NCBI GenBank assembly: GCA_951406725.2
Contig: OX597814.1
Location: 31,930,001-31,994,000 of the forward strand
Length of the DNA stretch: 64,000 nt
From: Octopus vulgaris
Taxonomy: Eukaryota
Direction of reading: 5' to 3'
Shown piece by piece: positions 1-12,977 of this stretch (the stretch's first letter is position 1; each line of letters begins with the position of its first letter). Below the pieces are notes generated by a model that saw only the letters and a program-made list of their open reading frames with translations, had not been told where the DNA came from and ran no database searches. Position numbers and translations under genes: made by a program.

Positions 1-169
1 GTTAGGCATTTACTTACAAAACCTATTGCTCCAATTATTATTGGTATAAATTTAAGTTCGGAATCCGTTTATAGAGACCCGAGGTTTCGAAGCAACTGTG
101 TCCATAGTTATTTTTCTTTCTCTTTGATTTTCAATTAGATATTCGCATTAGCAGGACAGCTAACATCTA

Positions 170-1330
170 TGATGGTGCATACTTTTCCTTGTCTGACCCA
201 AACAACAGATGTTTAATGAGAATGTTCCACCTATATTATTTGTGCTGGTATTTGTGTGCGTATTCAATAACAGAAATGATTATCTACGTTTATACCACGA
301 CAGTCTTGTTTTCTGAAAGGCATTGTATACTAGTTTTGCGACAACGCCATGTCACATAGGGAGGTAGTTCCTTGATGGCACTTATGTGCAGCTGCTTATC
401 ATATGTTTGATGTATTCCACAGAAATATGACATTATCCACCTTTACGGTTGCATCTTGGAACTCCAAGGACCTCAGTGTCTCTTTTGTTGCTTAGGTATT
501 TTGTAGCAATCTTCTGTTCTTAGATTGGAAATGTATAGCCAACGAAGTATCATGTGACGTAGCGGTCACGAATCCAAGAGAGGCTTCATGTGAATTTTAC
601 TATGTTCTTCAAGTCTACGAGAAATATATTCATTTGAGGTATGCTTGTTCAGGTAATTTTTGGTTGCATGGGACGTCATCAGAAAGAGAGTACTTCATGA
701 GGAGCTCATTTCCGACAGATAGGATATTATATTTTTTTTTCAGCACTAAGTTAATGTATTCATTTTGTGGAGGCGCAATGGCCCAGTGGTTAGGGCAGTG
801 GACTCGCGGTCGTAGGATCGCGGTTTCGATTCCCAGACCGGGCGTTGTGAGTGTTTATTGAGCGAAAACACCTAAAGTTCCACGAGGCTCCGGCAGGGAT
901 GGTGGTGATCCCTGCTGTACTCTTTCACCACAACTTTCTCTCACTCTTACTTCCTGTTTCTGTTGTGCCTGTATTTCAAAGGGCCGGCCTTGTCACTCTC
1001 TGTGTCACGCTGAATATCCCCGAGAACTACGTTAAGGGTACACGTGTCTGTGGAGTGCTCAGCCACTTACACGTTAATTTCACGAGCAGGCTGTTCCGTT
1101 GATCGGATCAATCGTAACCCTCGTCGTCGTAACCGACGGAGTGCTTCCACAATGTATTCATTTTACTGCTGATGTTTAGCAAGTGCTGCTTGTGATAGAC
1201 TATCCGACATTCAAAACTCTCAGCACTGATCTCAAGTCCCTACCTCCATTATGGCTTTTCAGATAAATCCTGTTGATATCACCATTATTGAGGAGATTTG
1301 CATTTCAGGTTGCGGATTTTAATGTCTACG
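170..1330 (-). pseudogene. Highly decayed LINE RT C-terminal remnant (RTE-like?) interrupted by the SINE at 767-1150
   Basis: Minus-strand peptide scraps such as GLEISAE (about 1217-1240) and VEYIKHM (about 400-420) resemble RTE-clade C-terminal motifs. Many stops and frameshifts. Confidence 0.35.
767..1150 (+). mobile_element. tRNA-derived SINE, family A, full length
   Basis: Head GTGGAGGCGCAATGGCCCAGTGGTTAG...TTCGATTCCC has A/B-box-like motifs. Near-identical copies occur at 5847, 10757, 29133 and 35823. 14-bp TSD AATGTATTCATTTT at 753-766 and 1151-1164. Confidence 0.93.
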
Positions 1331-1536
1331 GAGTGGATTTCTTCGGCAGATCAGTTGGCAACAGCACTGGTATTGTAATTACATTGTGAGATGTTGCCTT
1401 GTGGTAAGAGAATAGTTCAAACTGACAAACTTTTCATAGTCAGGTGTAATATTCTAGGGTCACTTTAACCTTATTCACAATACTTTGGTATGATATATTT
1501 TCATCAATGCCTAGGTTATTGTAGCATTCTTTGTAT

Positions 1537-1800
1537 CATTATTTAGTTTATTTCAAGATTTCTTGCCAATAGAGAAGGAATCGGTTTCTAACCTAGATGC
1601 AAGGTTCCGTCATTGGAATTTCAACGTTAACAAAAGAGTATGTATGTATGTATGTATGTATGTATGTATGTATGTATGTATGTATGTATGTATGTATGTA
1701 TGAATGTATGTATGTATGCATGTGTAGATTTGTATGCTTTATGCATGTATTATCCTGCGTATAGTTACATATCTAGACATGCTCATACATATGTATGTAT
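1537..1800 (+). repeat. Dispersed repeat with embedded (TATG)n; second copy near 14775-14975
   Basis: TCATTATTTAGTTTATTTCAAGATTTCTTGCC...GGTTTCTAACC...TTGGAATTTCAAC is shared with 14775-14863. (TATG)n at about 1639-1718. Confidence 0.7.
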
Positions 1801-2867
1801 GCATGTATTTATGTATGTATGTATGTTTATACACACACACACACACTCATATATACATGTATTAAACAATGTAATTATGTATATACAAGCACTCACTCAT
1901 TTTATTACATATATGTGTGTCTAAAGGAGACTTCGTGTATATATATATAAATCGGTATGTATTTTTATATGAGAGTTATCATGGTAGTTTTATAAAAGAA
2001 TCCATTCATAATTTTTGTGTTTATTTGTCTGTGTGGGGTTGAGTGGGTTTTTGGAGTATATGTTGAGGTTTATATGTATGTATTGGTATGTGTAAGTGGT
2101 GTGGGTATTTGTATATGTCGTGGGTGTGTGGTTTACGTGTGTGTATTTGTGTGTGAATGTTTAGGTTAGGGGGATTGCTATATAGGTATGTTATAGAGTT
2201 TAGTAAAGGGAGATTTTATCATTATATGTTTTTGTGAGTTTTGGTTTATCATGGTAGGTTTGTTAAGGAATTCGTAGTAATTTGTGTATATTTGCGATGT
2301 CTGTTGTTTTATTGCATTGTTTCATTCATAATTTTTAAGTAGTGTTCGTTTTACCAAGTGAATATAATTTTTAATTCCATTTATTCCATTTCTCCGTTCA
2401 TAATTTTGAGTGATGTCCGTTTTCTAGAGCGTGAATGTGGGTTGTATGTGTGTGTGTGTGGGAGTATGAATAAGTATTGTGTTGAAGTATTTAGCTATTT
2501 TATTTATTTTTAGTTGCCTAGACGTTTTTATGTGTATGTATAGGGATATATATATAGGTGTGTGATTTAGTGTATGTAGTTTGATATGGTTATATATAAT
2601 TAGGTATATGTGTATGGGTGTATATATAGTTTATTATTATATTATTATTATTTTTTTGTTTTGTTTTATATTTTATATTTTATATTTTATATTTTATATT
2701 TAATTGTTGATAGGTTTATTTTAGTTTATATATTGTTTATATATTGATTATATATGGATTATATATAGGTTATATATGGATTATATATTTATATTTTTTC
2801 ATTCATACTTTAATTATTTTAAAATTATTATTTGTATATTTTAAAATATTGATATTTTAGATTGAAG

Positions 2868-2912
2868 TCCACCTGAAGATTGTCGATCAAGACAAGAAAC
2901 GATTGTAGAGGC
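2868..2912 (+). ncRNA. Minimal type-I hammerhead ribozyme motif (Penelope-like-element type), stem I imperfect
   Basis: TCCAC CTGAAGA TTGTC-gatcaa-GACAA GAAAC gatt GTA GAGGC. Core boxes intact, 5-bp stem II, GUA cleavage triplet. Confidence 0.65.
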
Positions 2913-2998
2913 GGTTTTTTTGACTATTTAATTAAATTTTATGTATTGATTAAGTCTTTCCTTGTTTGTTTTGCAAAATAGTGGTTTTGTCTCTAATA

Positions 2999-3042
<44 letters not shown>

Positions 3043-3046
<4 letters not shown>

Positions 3047-3440
3047 AAACAAAAAATGGAACAAGAACGTAACAGGCGACCGAAAAACATCCGGACAGAC
3101 GATGCACAACAGGACAGGAAAAAAAACAAGGGCAGGTCATTCGGAGCTTTCTTTCGTCAGTCGAGTTCCAGATCGTCGTTGCATTTTCGACAGGTTACTC
3201 TCGAGACTGCTCCAGTCTGGCGGGCCCCAAGAAAATCTAAGCTAAGAGCACTAGATTCTTTGGAAGAAAGCAAGCGAATGTATACGAAAACAAGGACGAA
3301 AAGGATGGAGAAATCGTATAAAATTATGAATACAAACAACAGGACATTAACAACAGCTGCCTTTCGACTAAGGACGAATTAAATTAAGTAGGTGTCTGTG
3401 GAAGTGAAGCCTTACGGCAGGAACGTAAGAGATGAGAGTC
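3043..3440 (-). repeat. Dispersed repeat (family D) lying between (TA)n tracts
   Basis: Reverse complement matches 24700-24995 and 44464-44580 (CTCGACTGAnGAAAGAAA.CTCCGAATGACC). TA tracts at 3005-3042 and 3441-3452. Confidence 0.75.
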
Positions 3441-3486
3441 ATATATATATATAGGTGTGTAAGTATATATTTATATATTGTACGAG

Positions 3487-3915
3487 GGCGGCGAGAAGGC
3501 AGAGTCGTTAGCACACCGGGCAAAACGATTAGCAGTATTTCGTCCGTCATTACCTTCTTAGTTCACGACTGGGGAAATGCTTTGCAGTATTTCATCTGCC
3601 GCTACGTTCTGAGTTCATAAATTCCGCCGAGGTCGACTTTGCCTTTCATCCTTTCGAGGTCGATAAAATAAGAACCAGTTACGCACTGGAATCCATTTGT
3701 CTGTCCTTATTCTTCCCCTCTGTGTTTAGCCCCTTGTGGGTAGTAAAGAAATATATATTTTGCTCGTCTTTACGTTCTGAGTTCTAATTCCGCCGAGGTT
3801 GACTTTGACTTTCATCCTTTCGGGGTTGATAATTAAGTACCAGTTGCGTACTGGGGTTGATCTAATCGACTGGCCACCTCCCCCAAAATTTCGGGCCTTG
3901 TGCCTAGAGAAGAAA
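3487..3915 (+). mobile_element. tRNA-derived SINE, family C, dimeric form
   Basis: GGCGGCGAG..GGCAGAGTCGTTAG head. The core TTCTGAGTTCAAATTCCGCCGAGGTCGACTTTGCCTTTCATCCTTTCG occurs twice, separated by a ...CCCCTTGTGGGTAGTAAAGAAAT tail. Confidence 0.85.
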
Positions 3916-3916
3916 A

Positions 3917-3951
<35 letters not shown>

Positions 3952-4754
3952 CATACATACATACATACGTACATACATACATACATTCACACTCAGGTGT
4001 GTATGTGTGTGTGTATGTGTTTCACACTTTATCGCTTTTCGTCAGATTGTCATTCCCAGCGCTACTACTCTCCGTTTTTAATCACCTCCCTTTTATTCTT
4101 TTGCCATCATTACCCATCACCACCACCAACAACAACAACAACAACAACAACAACACTACCATCGTCACTTCCGCCTTCACTACCACCATCACAATTTTAA
4201 CACCTCAATCTTCTACTTCTCATGTTCTACAACTCACTAATTTTTCAGATTTTCACAAGCTTCGCACTTAAATTTATTTTCTTATCTTTCTGTTCTATCT
4301 AGATTTTTTTCTTGTTTACCCGTAATATAACAATTCTTGTGACACCATCAAACTTTGTTGCAAATTTATGACATTTTATTTTTTTTGCCGAGAAAAATAT
4401 TTTTTACATGAAAAAAAAAAACGTTTTGATTTTTGTTAATTTTTACATTTTTTCATTGTGTGAGTTGCGTTTCTTTCATTTTTCGTTAAGCTTATAATTG
4501 GACAGAACGATATATTCATCGGTATCTCTATCATTAAGAAGGAAAGTAGGCATATATTTTGCTTTTCAAAACATTCTCTCTCTAGATAAAAAAGGAAAAT
4601 TTTAGTGAAAGATAGTAGTTGTGATAGTCTGAAATAATAATTTTTAAAAATCCCTTAAAATAACTTTTAAAATGATGAGAAGAAAAATGTCAGATACAAT
4701 ATACATATAAAACATGAAACTAAAATTTACAATACTACGCCCACCCTCATCATC

Positions 4755-4785
<31 letters not shown>

Positions 4786-4933
4786 CTCAAATAATAAATG
4801 TTCAAAGAAAAACACTTAAATTATGTTTAAGGGACAAAAATACACAGAATGCACGAAAATTCTAAATGCAATACATCTGAACGAAATATACAAATATATA
4901 ACATAAAACAAATAGTAAAGCACTTTCTAAACA

Positions 4934-4976
<43 letters not shown>

Positions 4977-5016
4977 GGTGGTGGTGGTGGTGGTGGTGGT
5001 GGTAGTAGTAGTAGTA
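4934..5016. repeat. Compound (TAG)n(TGG)n(TAG)n microsatellite
   Basis: Read directly from the sequence. Confidence 0.95.
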
Positions 5017-5846
5017 ACCACACCGCCACCAATATCACTGTTACTGATGGTAATGAAAAAAATTACTTTCAGGTGATTCTTTTGATAAAATAGTTGTGAT
5101 TCTTCTAATCAGTGAGCGATGCATCACTTAATCTTTGGAAATTAGCTGAGGAAGAAAAAAAAATTCTATTAAGCAATCATTTACGTTCCTGTGACGCTAA
5201 ACTGTCGGCATTTGAATAAACTACACGACTATATTATATTGAATGTTTGGTTACGCCAGGTCCCACATTTAGCCAAAACAAAACAAACAAAATATATCTA
5301 ATGGACAAAAAATTAATACAAACCAAGACTAGTAATAAACAAAGCACTAACAAAAAAAAAATACACATATTGCAAGCTTGCAATTTCGTTTTTAATATTC
5401 ATCTGCTTACTGTGTTTGATACATGAAAATCATTTAGTTGACAAGATTTTTTTTCCTATCCTGAAGGTGATAAGTGTCTTCAGCTGATTTGTTCTTTAAA
5501 TTACTTTAAAACATCAGTTAATTACAAACTTTTGCATTGTCTGAATAGAATCAAGTTAAAACTGTTTAGTCGACAGAAATAGTTGCATGTTATTCCTCTC
5601 TAGATGTATGTTGCTTGCAACAGCACTAATAATTTAAATGTTGTGCAGAGTACACTTAAGTTAATATATAATTCTGTTGAGTCATACTTTTTGGTTTTCA
5701 CTCATGTAAGTACGCAGTGTGTACCATTCCCAAATTTATTTACTTCGAACATAAAAAAATAGCAAATTAGCAATTAGAAAAGGAAATATTCAAGGATGTG
5801 GGAGTCGTAAATTTTAGCTAGTTTGGACATTGGTACTTAGATAACT

Positions 5847-6211
5847 GTGGAGGCGCAATGGCCCAGCGGTCATAGGATCGCGGTTTCGATTCCCAGACCG
5901 GGCGTTGTGAGTGTTTATTGAGCGAAAACACCTAAAAGCTCCACGAGGCTCCGGCAGGGAGTGGTGATCCCTGCTGTACTCTTTCACCACAACTTTCTCT
6001 CACTCTTACTTCCTGTTTCTGTTGTACCTGTATTTCAAGGGGCCGGCCTTGTCACTCTCTGTGTCACGCTGAATATCCCCGAGAACTACGTTAAGGGTGC
6101 ACGTGTCTGTGGAGTGCTCAGCCGCTTACACGTTAATTTCACGTGCAGGCTGTTCCATCGATTCGGATCAACCGGAACCCTCATCGTCGTAACCGACGGA
6201 GTGCTTCCCCC
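5847..6211 (+). mobile_element. SINE family A with a 20-bp deletion in the tRNA head
   Basis: Aligns to 767-1150 but lacks TGGTTAGGGCAGCGGACTCG. TSD ACTTAGATAA at 5835-5844 and 6212-6221. Confidence 0.92.
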
Positions 6212-6319
6212 ACTTAGATAAATGAGATATAACGTCGTGTTCTCGTAATTTATCTTAAACAATTCTTGAAAAATTATAAAATGATATACAGTCTTCTCCT
6301 ATATAATAGTAATGACAAT

Positions 6320-6690
6320 AAGTTTGGCATAAGGTCAGCAATTTTAGAGGTTGGATGGTCAGTCGATTCCATCGATTTCAGTGCTTAAATGGTACTTAGT
6401 TTAGCCACGTCGATTGCATGAAAGGTGAAAATGACCTCGGTGGTATATGAACTCAGAACGTAAGGAGTCAAAGCTAATGATTGATTCAAATTTTGGTACG
6501 AGGCGACCAATTTTAGTTGGAGGCGGTTAGTAGATTACATCAATCCCGGGACTCAAATAGTGCTGTTTTATCTACTCCGAAGGATAAAAGCAAAGTGGGC
6601 CTCAGGAGAAATTTTAATTTATACATAGTTGGAAGAAAAGCCGCGAAGCATAGTTTGACGCATTTACAATTCTGCTACCCCACCGCCTTA
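6320..6690 (-). mobile_element. Two degenerate tandem SINE family C units
   Basis: GACCTCGGTGGTATATGAACTCAGAACGTAA and TTCTGCTACCCCACCGCC are diverged reverse complements of the family C core and head. Confidence 0.6.
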
Positions 6691-6770
6691 AAAGTGATAA
6701 TAGTAGAAAATTACTCCTTGGAATAAAAAAAAACCTAACAAAATCATTTTCTTGTGCACAGGCAGGAGCG

Positions 6771-6811
<41 letters not shown>

Positions 6812-7848
6812 CTTTTACTACGATGGTTTTTTGTTAAGCGGCGTCAATTTTTACAATTCTATAAATAATAATAATAGTAATATTTTATTAGCTTAAAGCG
6901 TTGAGACATAATGGGGGTATATAAGCTCTCGACTGAGAAAAATAGGTTTTACCCGTACGCGTATGACACGAACCCACACCTCTGTAAATAAAATGATGTC
7001 TGCTTTTCAATTTCTCAATTTTCTTCTTTTTTCATTCATTCATATATATATATATATATACATACACACACACACACACACACATATATATAAATATATA
7101 TATATATATATTATTTGTGACATAAAATTACGGGTGCAACTATGTCGAAATGTTCAATGTTGTGGCTAAATTAAAAGAGTGTCCTAAACGCACCAAATAA
7201 GACCGATTGAAATCAAGTTTGGCCACACATTTCTTCCTTAAATAAGAACGTCTTAGAATCCCCTAGGAACAATTTCAATATATTTTTTATGCTTTAAAGG
7301 ACAAGGTCTCATCTGTACAATAAACCAATCAATGAAATCTCAATTCGCTCGCATTTTCGCAAACAAGGCTCCATACACACTGTAGGCAATTCTACACTTA
7401 TCAGAGCATTGACTATTTCATAAGGAGCGCAACTTTATATGCAGCGGTTTTCTTGAAATAGTTGAATCTGAAATGTTCATTGCTTCAACCAATATTTATT
7501 TAATTTCACATTATTCTATTAACTGAGGCACACCTGAGTATATTTGTCTGAAGAAAAGTAACTTGAATATACGATAAAAGTGAGGCGTTATTACATTGTA
7601 ATTAGTTAAGAATAGCTAAAAACAATGGCTGTTTCAAGTGACTGTTAACAATATCTTTATAATCACAGTCTTAACAAAAATGGTTATTATTAGAAGGTGT
7701 AATGGCAAAATATCTCAGCAAAATAAATAGATATTTGAAAATACACGTCTGATACTCCAAGCGAACAGGACATTTTTAGTGATGGAAGGAACGTTGAAGT
7801 TGAGAACTACAAACAATGATAAGGGATTGTATGAAAATAATGATGATA

Positions 7849-7892
<44 letters not shown>

Positions 7893-8344
7893 ACGTTGTG
7901 ACATTGATGAAGATGAGGATGATGATGGAAATTGAGTTCGAGATATTAACGACGCTTAACCAAGACGAGAGTGGCTGTGACGATGGCAACGACGACGAAA
8001 ATGTTGATAGTCATAATTATGATGGTAATTATGGTGATGATGATGATTATTGTGATGATGAAAGAGTCGGACGCTGACAGCAATTAGAAACAGTTTGAAA
8101 TATGTTACAATGATAACGACATGGGCACTGCAGCTGTTGATGCAAGGATAATTGTTAATTTTTTCTCATTACCGCTGACGTACAACGTTCGAAATATTAA
8201 TGGTCATTTAAACGACAAACCTCTCCCTTCTCGCGCGCGCGCGTGCGTCTTGTGAGTTTGAGTGTATGTGAAATAGTTATAGTCAAATATAATTGTAAGA
8301 ATATTTCATACCGCTGCTTCAAGTTTTTAAAATAACAAAAGGGC

Positions 8345-8478
<134 letters not shown>

Positions 8479-8803
8479 ATTTTACAAATAAAATATTATA
8501 AAGCTGGGGGTGTGGAATATAATTTAATATGAAATTTTGCTGGAAAATTTAAATTTAGATTGCATTAAAAGAGGAACTTTGTATCATAGAACAAAATGCA
8601 GTCTCAAGCATGTTCTCATAATCATTAATAAGGATGTTTCTGCGTGGGTACTCAGCTGGTTGTAAATAGAAAGAAAATAAATGAAATAATCTATGCTCAA
8701 ATTAAAGATAAAAAGAATAAATAACAGTATGGTCACAGCCGGAATGGCTTTTATCACAGTTCTGATCATAGCTCACGTGAGGTTAACAATACCATGATGA
8801 TAA

Positions 8804-8838
<35 letters not shown>

Positions 8839-9929
8839 AAGAGAGGAGAAGAGTAAAGTTATAGAAAAAAAACTGAAAAAAAATATCAAAAAATTTAATA
8901 AAATAAATGAAAATGTCTCCATTAAAAATCTTTTAAAGTTAAAAATGTATGGCTTTTGATCTTAACTAATTGGAATTGTTATCATGTATATTGTTTTGTC
9001 TTAGTATAAAAGTTGGGGTACAGCAACTATTCTGCTCAATACTACAGATTTGCTAATCATTAGCTTGACCGAGCATGTCCATTGGTGGTTTACGATATGT
9101 GCATCTCTGACCATGAACAGAAATAGTGGGGGAGCATCATAACCATGTGTTGAAAGGAATTCTTTGGGGTTCAGATAATTCACGAATGGAAACATGGGTG
9201 TTTTGTTCATCATTCTTAAACAACTCTTATTCAAGGGCCTGTTGAGCGGGATGGGCTACTCAACGTGAACAACATTCTAAATGAGCCCCACCTACAAGGT
9301 CATGTGTTGTTTATCTTGATATGATATTATTATGTGACGCACATAAGGGTCTGATCCCTGTGCCTGGTGTACTCTTATTAGACGTGTAGTCATGATGGGT
9401 ATATTGTCTACGCGCATAGGTACACCATGATCTATACACGCAGACGCGGATAGATTCATATGAGAAATGAAGTGAACAAAATTATATGACTACTTGCTTA
9501 TCGGGAAATTTGTAAGTTCGGTTGTTAAAATTTTTTTATGATAATCAAACCAAATGTTTATCTTTTCCAGTCACTCGACCAGTGAGTACTTCTGTAAAGT
9601 GTGGTGAAAATCTGTTCAGCCGTTTTCAAGTAATTTTGCAAACACAGACAAACAGACTAAGACGAGTGTTTACAGTACACTGCTTTCGCTTACGCGTGCA
9701 TAGGAAAATATAGTGAACATCTATGGAATAGGAACTCAGAACTGAAAGATGGAAAAAATGCCAGTCTTTTGTCTGGTGTGGTAACGATTCAGCCAGTCGC
9801 CACGTAATTATAGACAACAACAACAACAACAACAGCAATAATAATAATAATGTGTGGACTACAGGAAAGCATTTGACATGATCCCACACTCGTAAATTAT
9901 TGAATGCCTAAGTTATCTGGTCTCAACTA

Positions 9930-10440
9930 TGCAAATATTCAGTAAGGGTACTGAGATGGAATTTGGGATTAAAACGTGTGGTACGCTTTTCATCTGTGGG
10001 TGTAGAACTCCCAAACAGCAAAGGAATCTAGATTGAAGTTATCTGGGTATTTTGGAGCATGGCAAAATAAAGGAGACTGAAATGAAGGAATGCTTTAGGT
10101 GATATTTATTCAGAAGAACCAAATTAATTATGGGGAGAAGAGTTAATGGAAAGAACAAGATCAGGGCAATGGGTACAGTGCGGGTGTTGCTAGGTGTACA
10201 AAAAAAGAGCTTAAGGAAATAGATAGAAAAATCAGGAAATTGATGACAATTAACAAGAAACTGCACCGTGAGAGTGGTATCGATAGAGTGTATGTGCTTC
10301 GGTATAAGGGAGGAAAAGGCCTCATAGGATGTAAGATCTATATTGTCAACAAGGACAGCAGTCTTGGGTTTACGTCAAATAGCAGATTGAATCCTTGCTT
10401 GCCGCTGTAATAGCAACACGATACCTACTGAAAAGGTGAC
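9930..10440 (+). pseudogene. Decayed R4/Dong-clade non-LTR retrotransposon RT fragment
   Basis: Translates (with frameshifts) to MEFGIKTCG...YLGILEHGKIKETEMKE...NGKNKIRAM...LKEIDRKIRKLMTINKKLHRESGIDRVYVLRYKGGKGLIG. This is the same region seen in the copies at 60-63 kb. Lies downstream of (CAA)n(TAA)n. Confidence 0.75.
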
Positions 10441-10756
10441 GCAGCCATAAAAAGAAGGTGCAAAAGACACCGATAGAACCAGCAATCGACTTAGAAGAAA
10501 AATAAGTACTGGTCTCGATTTATTCGACTAAAATTCTTCGAGGCGATGCCCCACTGTGGTCATAGTCTAAAGACTAAAATAAGCGAAATATAAAGCATAT
10601 AACGCGGCAGGATATCATTATGAATAGAGAAAATATACGGGAAGGTTTTTCAGAGGGACGCACTCTCACCATTACTTTTCGAGATTGCATTCACTCTTTT
10701 GGAAACTCTACTGAGAACATCCATATCTGCTTTCGAGCATCTGCTACATATAAATG

Positions 10757-11147
10757 GTGGAGGCGCAATGGCCCAGTGGTTAGGGCAGCGGACTCGCAGC
10801 CATAGGATCGCGGTTTCGATTCCCAGACCGGGCGTTGTGAGTATTTATTGAGCGAAAACACCTAAAAGCTCCACGAGGCTCCGGCAGGGGATGGTGGTGA
10901 TCCCTGCTGTACTCTTTCACCACCACTTTCTCTCACTCTTACTTCCTGTTTCTGTTGTACCTGTATTTCAAAGGGCCGGCCTTGTCACTCTCTGTGTCAC
11001 GCTGAATATCCCCGAGAACTACGTTAAAGGTACACGTGTCTGTGGAGTGCTCAGCCACTTACACGTTAATTTCACGAGCAGGCTGTTCCGTTGATTCGGA
11101 TTAACCGGAACCCTCGTCGTCGTAACCGACGGAGTGCTTCCAAAAAA
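10757..11147 (+). mobile_element. SINE family A, full length, short A tail
   Basis: Aligns to 767-1150. TSD ACATATAAATG at 10746-10756 and 11148-11158. Confidence 0.93.
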
Positions 11148-11315
11148 ACATATAAATGATATCATACTGTACAGCCAAATTGAATAAGAATTGCATTCTT
11201 TTGTTCAAATTGTAAGAGAATTTAACGGTTACATTTTGAGGTCTATATGTGTGCAGTTTAAATTATTGAGGTTTAAAGTTTAAATCTGACAGTATGAAGA
11301 TACCACGATAAGATA

Positions 11316-11540
11316 GGCGGCGAGCTGTCAGAATTGTTAGTACACTGGGCAAGACTCTTAGCGGTATTTCGTTCGTCTTCGCATTCTAAGTTCAAATTCC
11401 GCCGAGGTCGACTTTGCCTTTCCGGACCGATGAAATACAAACCAAATATATTATATATATTATATTACTGGGGGTCTATGTAAACGGCTTACCCACTCCC
11501 TCAAAATTTCAAGCCTTATGGCTATTGTAGAAATGATTAT
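11316..11540 (+). mobile_element. SINE family C monomer
   Basis: GGCGGCGAGCTGTCAGAATTGTTAG...GTTCAAATTCCGCCGAGGTCGACTTTGCC...CAAAATTTCAAGCCTTATG. Confidence 0.85.
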
Positions 11541-11654
11541 TTTTACAGGAAGCTTCCCATTATATATATCCTAAAAGAAATATTGACAGGCTCTATACAG
11601 AAATATCTTAATGGCAGTGGGAAGTGAAATATTAGAAATAATATAATGAATGCC

Positions 11655-12240
11655 TCAAAGAATATCTTCGTATGAAGATTTTAAAATCCAAATTGAATGC
11701 AGGAAGCAATTTACAAGAAATATGTTTGAGCGCAGCATCACTAAGGTATCGAGTAGTTATTATTGAATGGTAAGCTGAAAGATAGCGACAGAAAAACGAA
11801 TAAGTAGCTCACAATGCCGAGGGACAGTATCGATGGAAACAGGACTGTGTCCTAAGACAATGGATAAGATAAACTTTGTTTGCGAGGTAGAATGGGCCTG
11901 TGACTGGGAGATGAATATTAGCTAAAGGAAGTAACTGAAATTCCTATCACATATCATTCCGTCCTTCTTGAGATTAGTCATCTTGGTTTCTTAGGCAGCA
12001 ATATAGCTTATATTCCTGAACTTAATTATGCCCTTCAAGCCAGATGTCGAAAGGAGGGAAATATGTAAGGAGAAAGTGGAGGAGAGACCTAGAAAATAAG
12101 TGGAAGAGCAGGCTTTTGTCAATGGAAATATGAAGTCTCTTATTCGGTGGAGGAGTCTTTACCTTAGTAAGGATTGTCAGTAAAGACAGTCAAACTCTGG
12201 TATTGTAGGAACAGCACATGAAGAAAATCTTAGAGCCAGC
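11655..12240 (+). pseudogene. Very decayed R4/Dong-like fragments
   Basis: EYLR..KILKSKLNAG...SLRY...LKDSDRKT near 11660-11800, and a GTAH..RK.L-like terminal motif near 12208-12235. Confidence 0.45.
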
Positions 12241-12562
12241 AATAAAAACATGCAAATAGCGATGGCTAAAATGAGGTATCCATTACGGGTCAACAGATCT
12301 CCTCTTGGACATATTCCGAAGCTTCATCAGTCTAAGACTAGTTGCTTGGATTAGGACAAATGGTGTAAGACTGGAAATGTGTGTGAAAAGGAATTTAGAA
12401 ACATTTGAATACAAGGCCAAAATTTATGTTTCGGGTACAAACACACATAGATCACATTGACAATAATCATATTCTATATCCGGAATTTCCTTGTATGTTA
12501 TCTGTAAATGTGTATATGTGAGTTGTACGCAGATCTTCAAGACGTTATGTATGTGTGTATAT

Positions 12563-12594
<32 letters not shown>

Positions 12595-12929
12595 GTTCTG
12601 TCAGCGTTTTGGCGTTTCAGTCGAGTGTATTGGCATTGATGCGGCAACATTTGAAATGTTGTCGAGGTATATGTTGGCTGATGAAGATAAATCAAGTATA
12701 CGTGTGCAGACATATCTTAAAAAATCTGAAACCGGTACCACATTATCCCCTTCTAGGTATTTCATCTTCCAGATGTTCTCCCTGGAGGTAAGACAATTCT
12801 TTTCAAGTTTGTTGCACACACGCATTTTTGCTAGTACATACGCGGTGAAGCTATACATTAGCGTCGTATTTATTACGTTCGCTATTTTCCAGTAAATATC
12901 GGTACTTCGTTGTACCATATATTTACTTC

Positions 12930-12977
<48 letters not shown>

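Noticed and set aside
851-1102. Recurrent ORF MVVIPAVLFHHNFLSLLLPVS... (also at 5961, 10891, 29180 and 35956)
   Set aside because: It lies inside SINE family A. Its recurrence reflects copy identity, and indels near the start differ between copies.
12300-12335. CTGATGA on the minus strand
   Set aside because: No GAAA box or closing stems.
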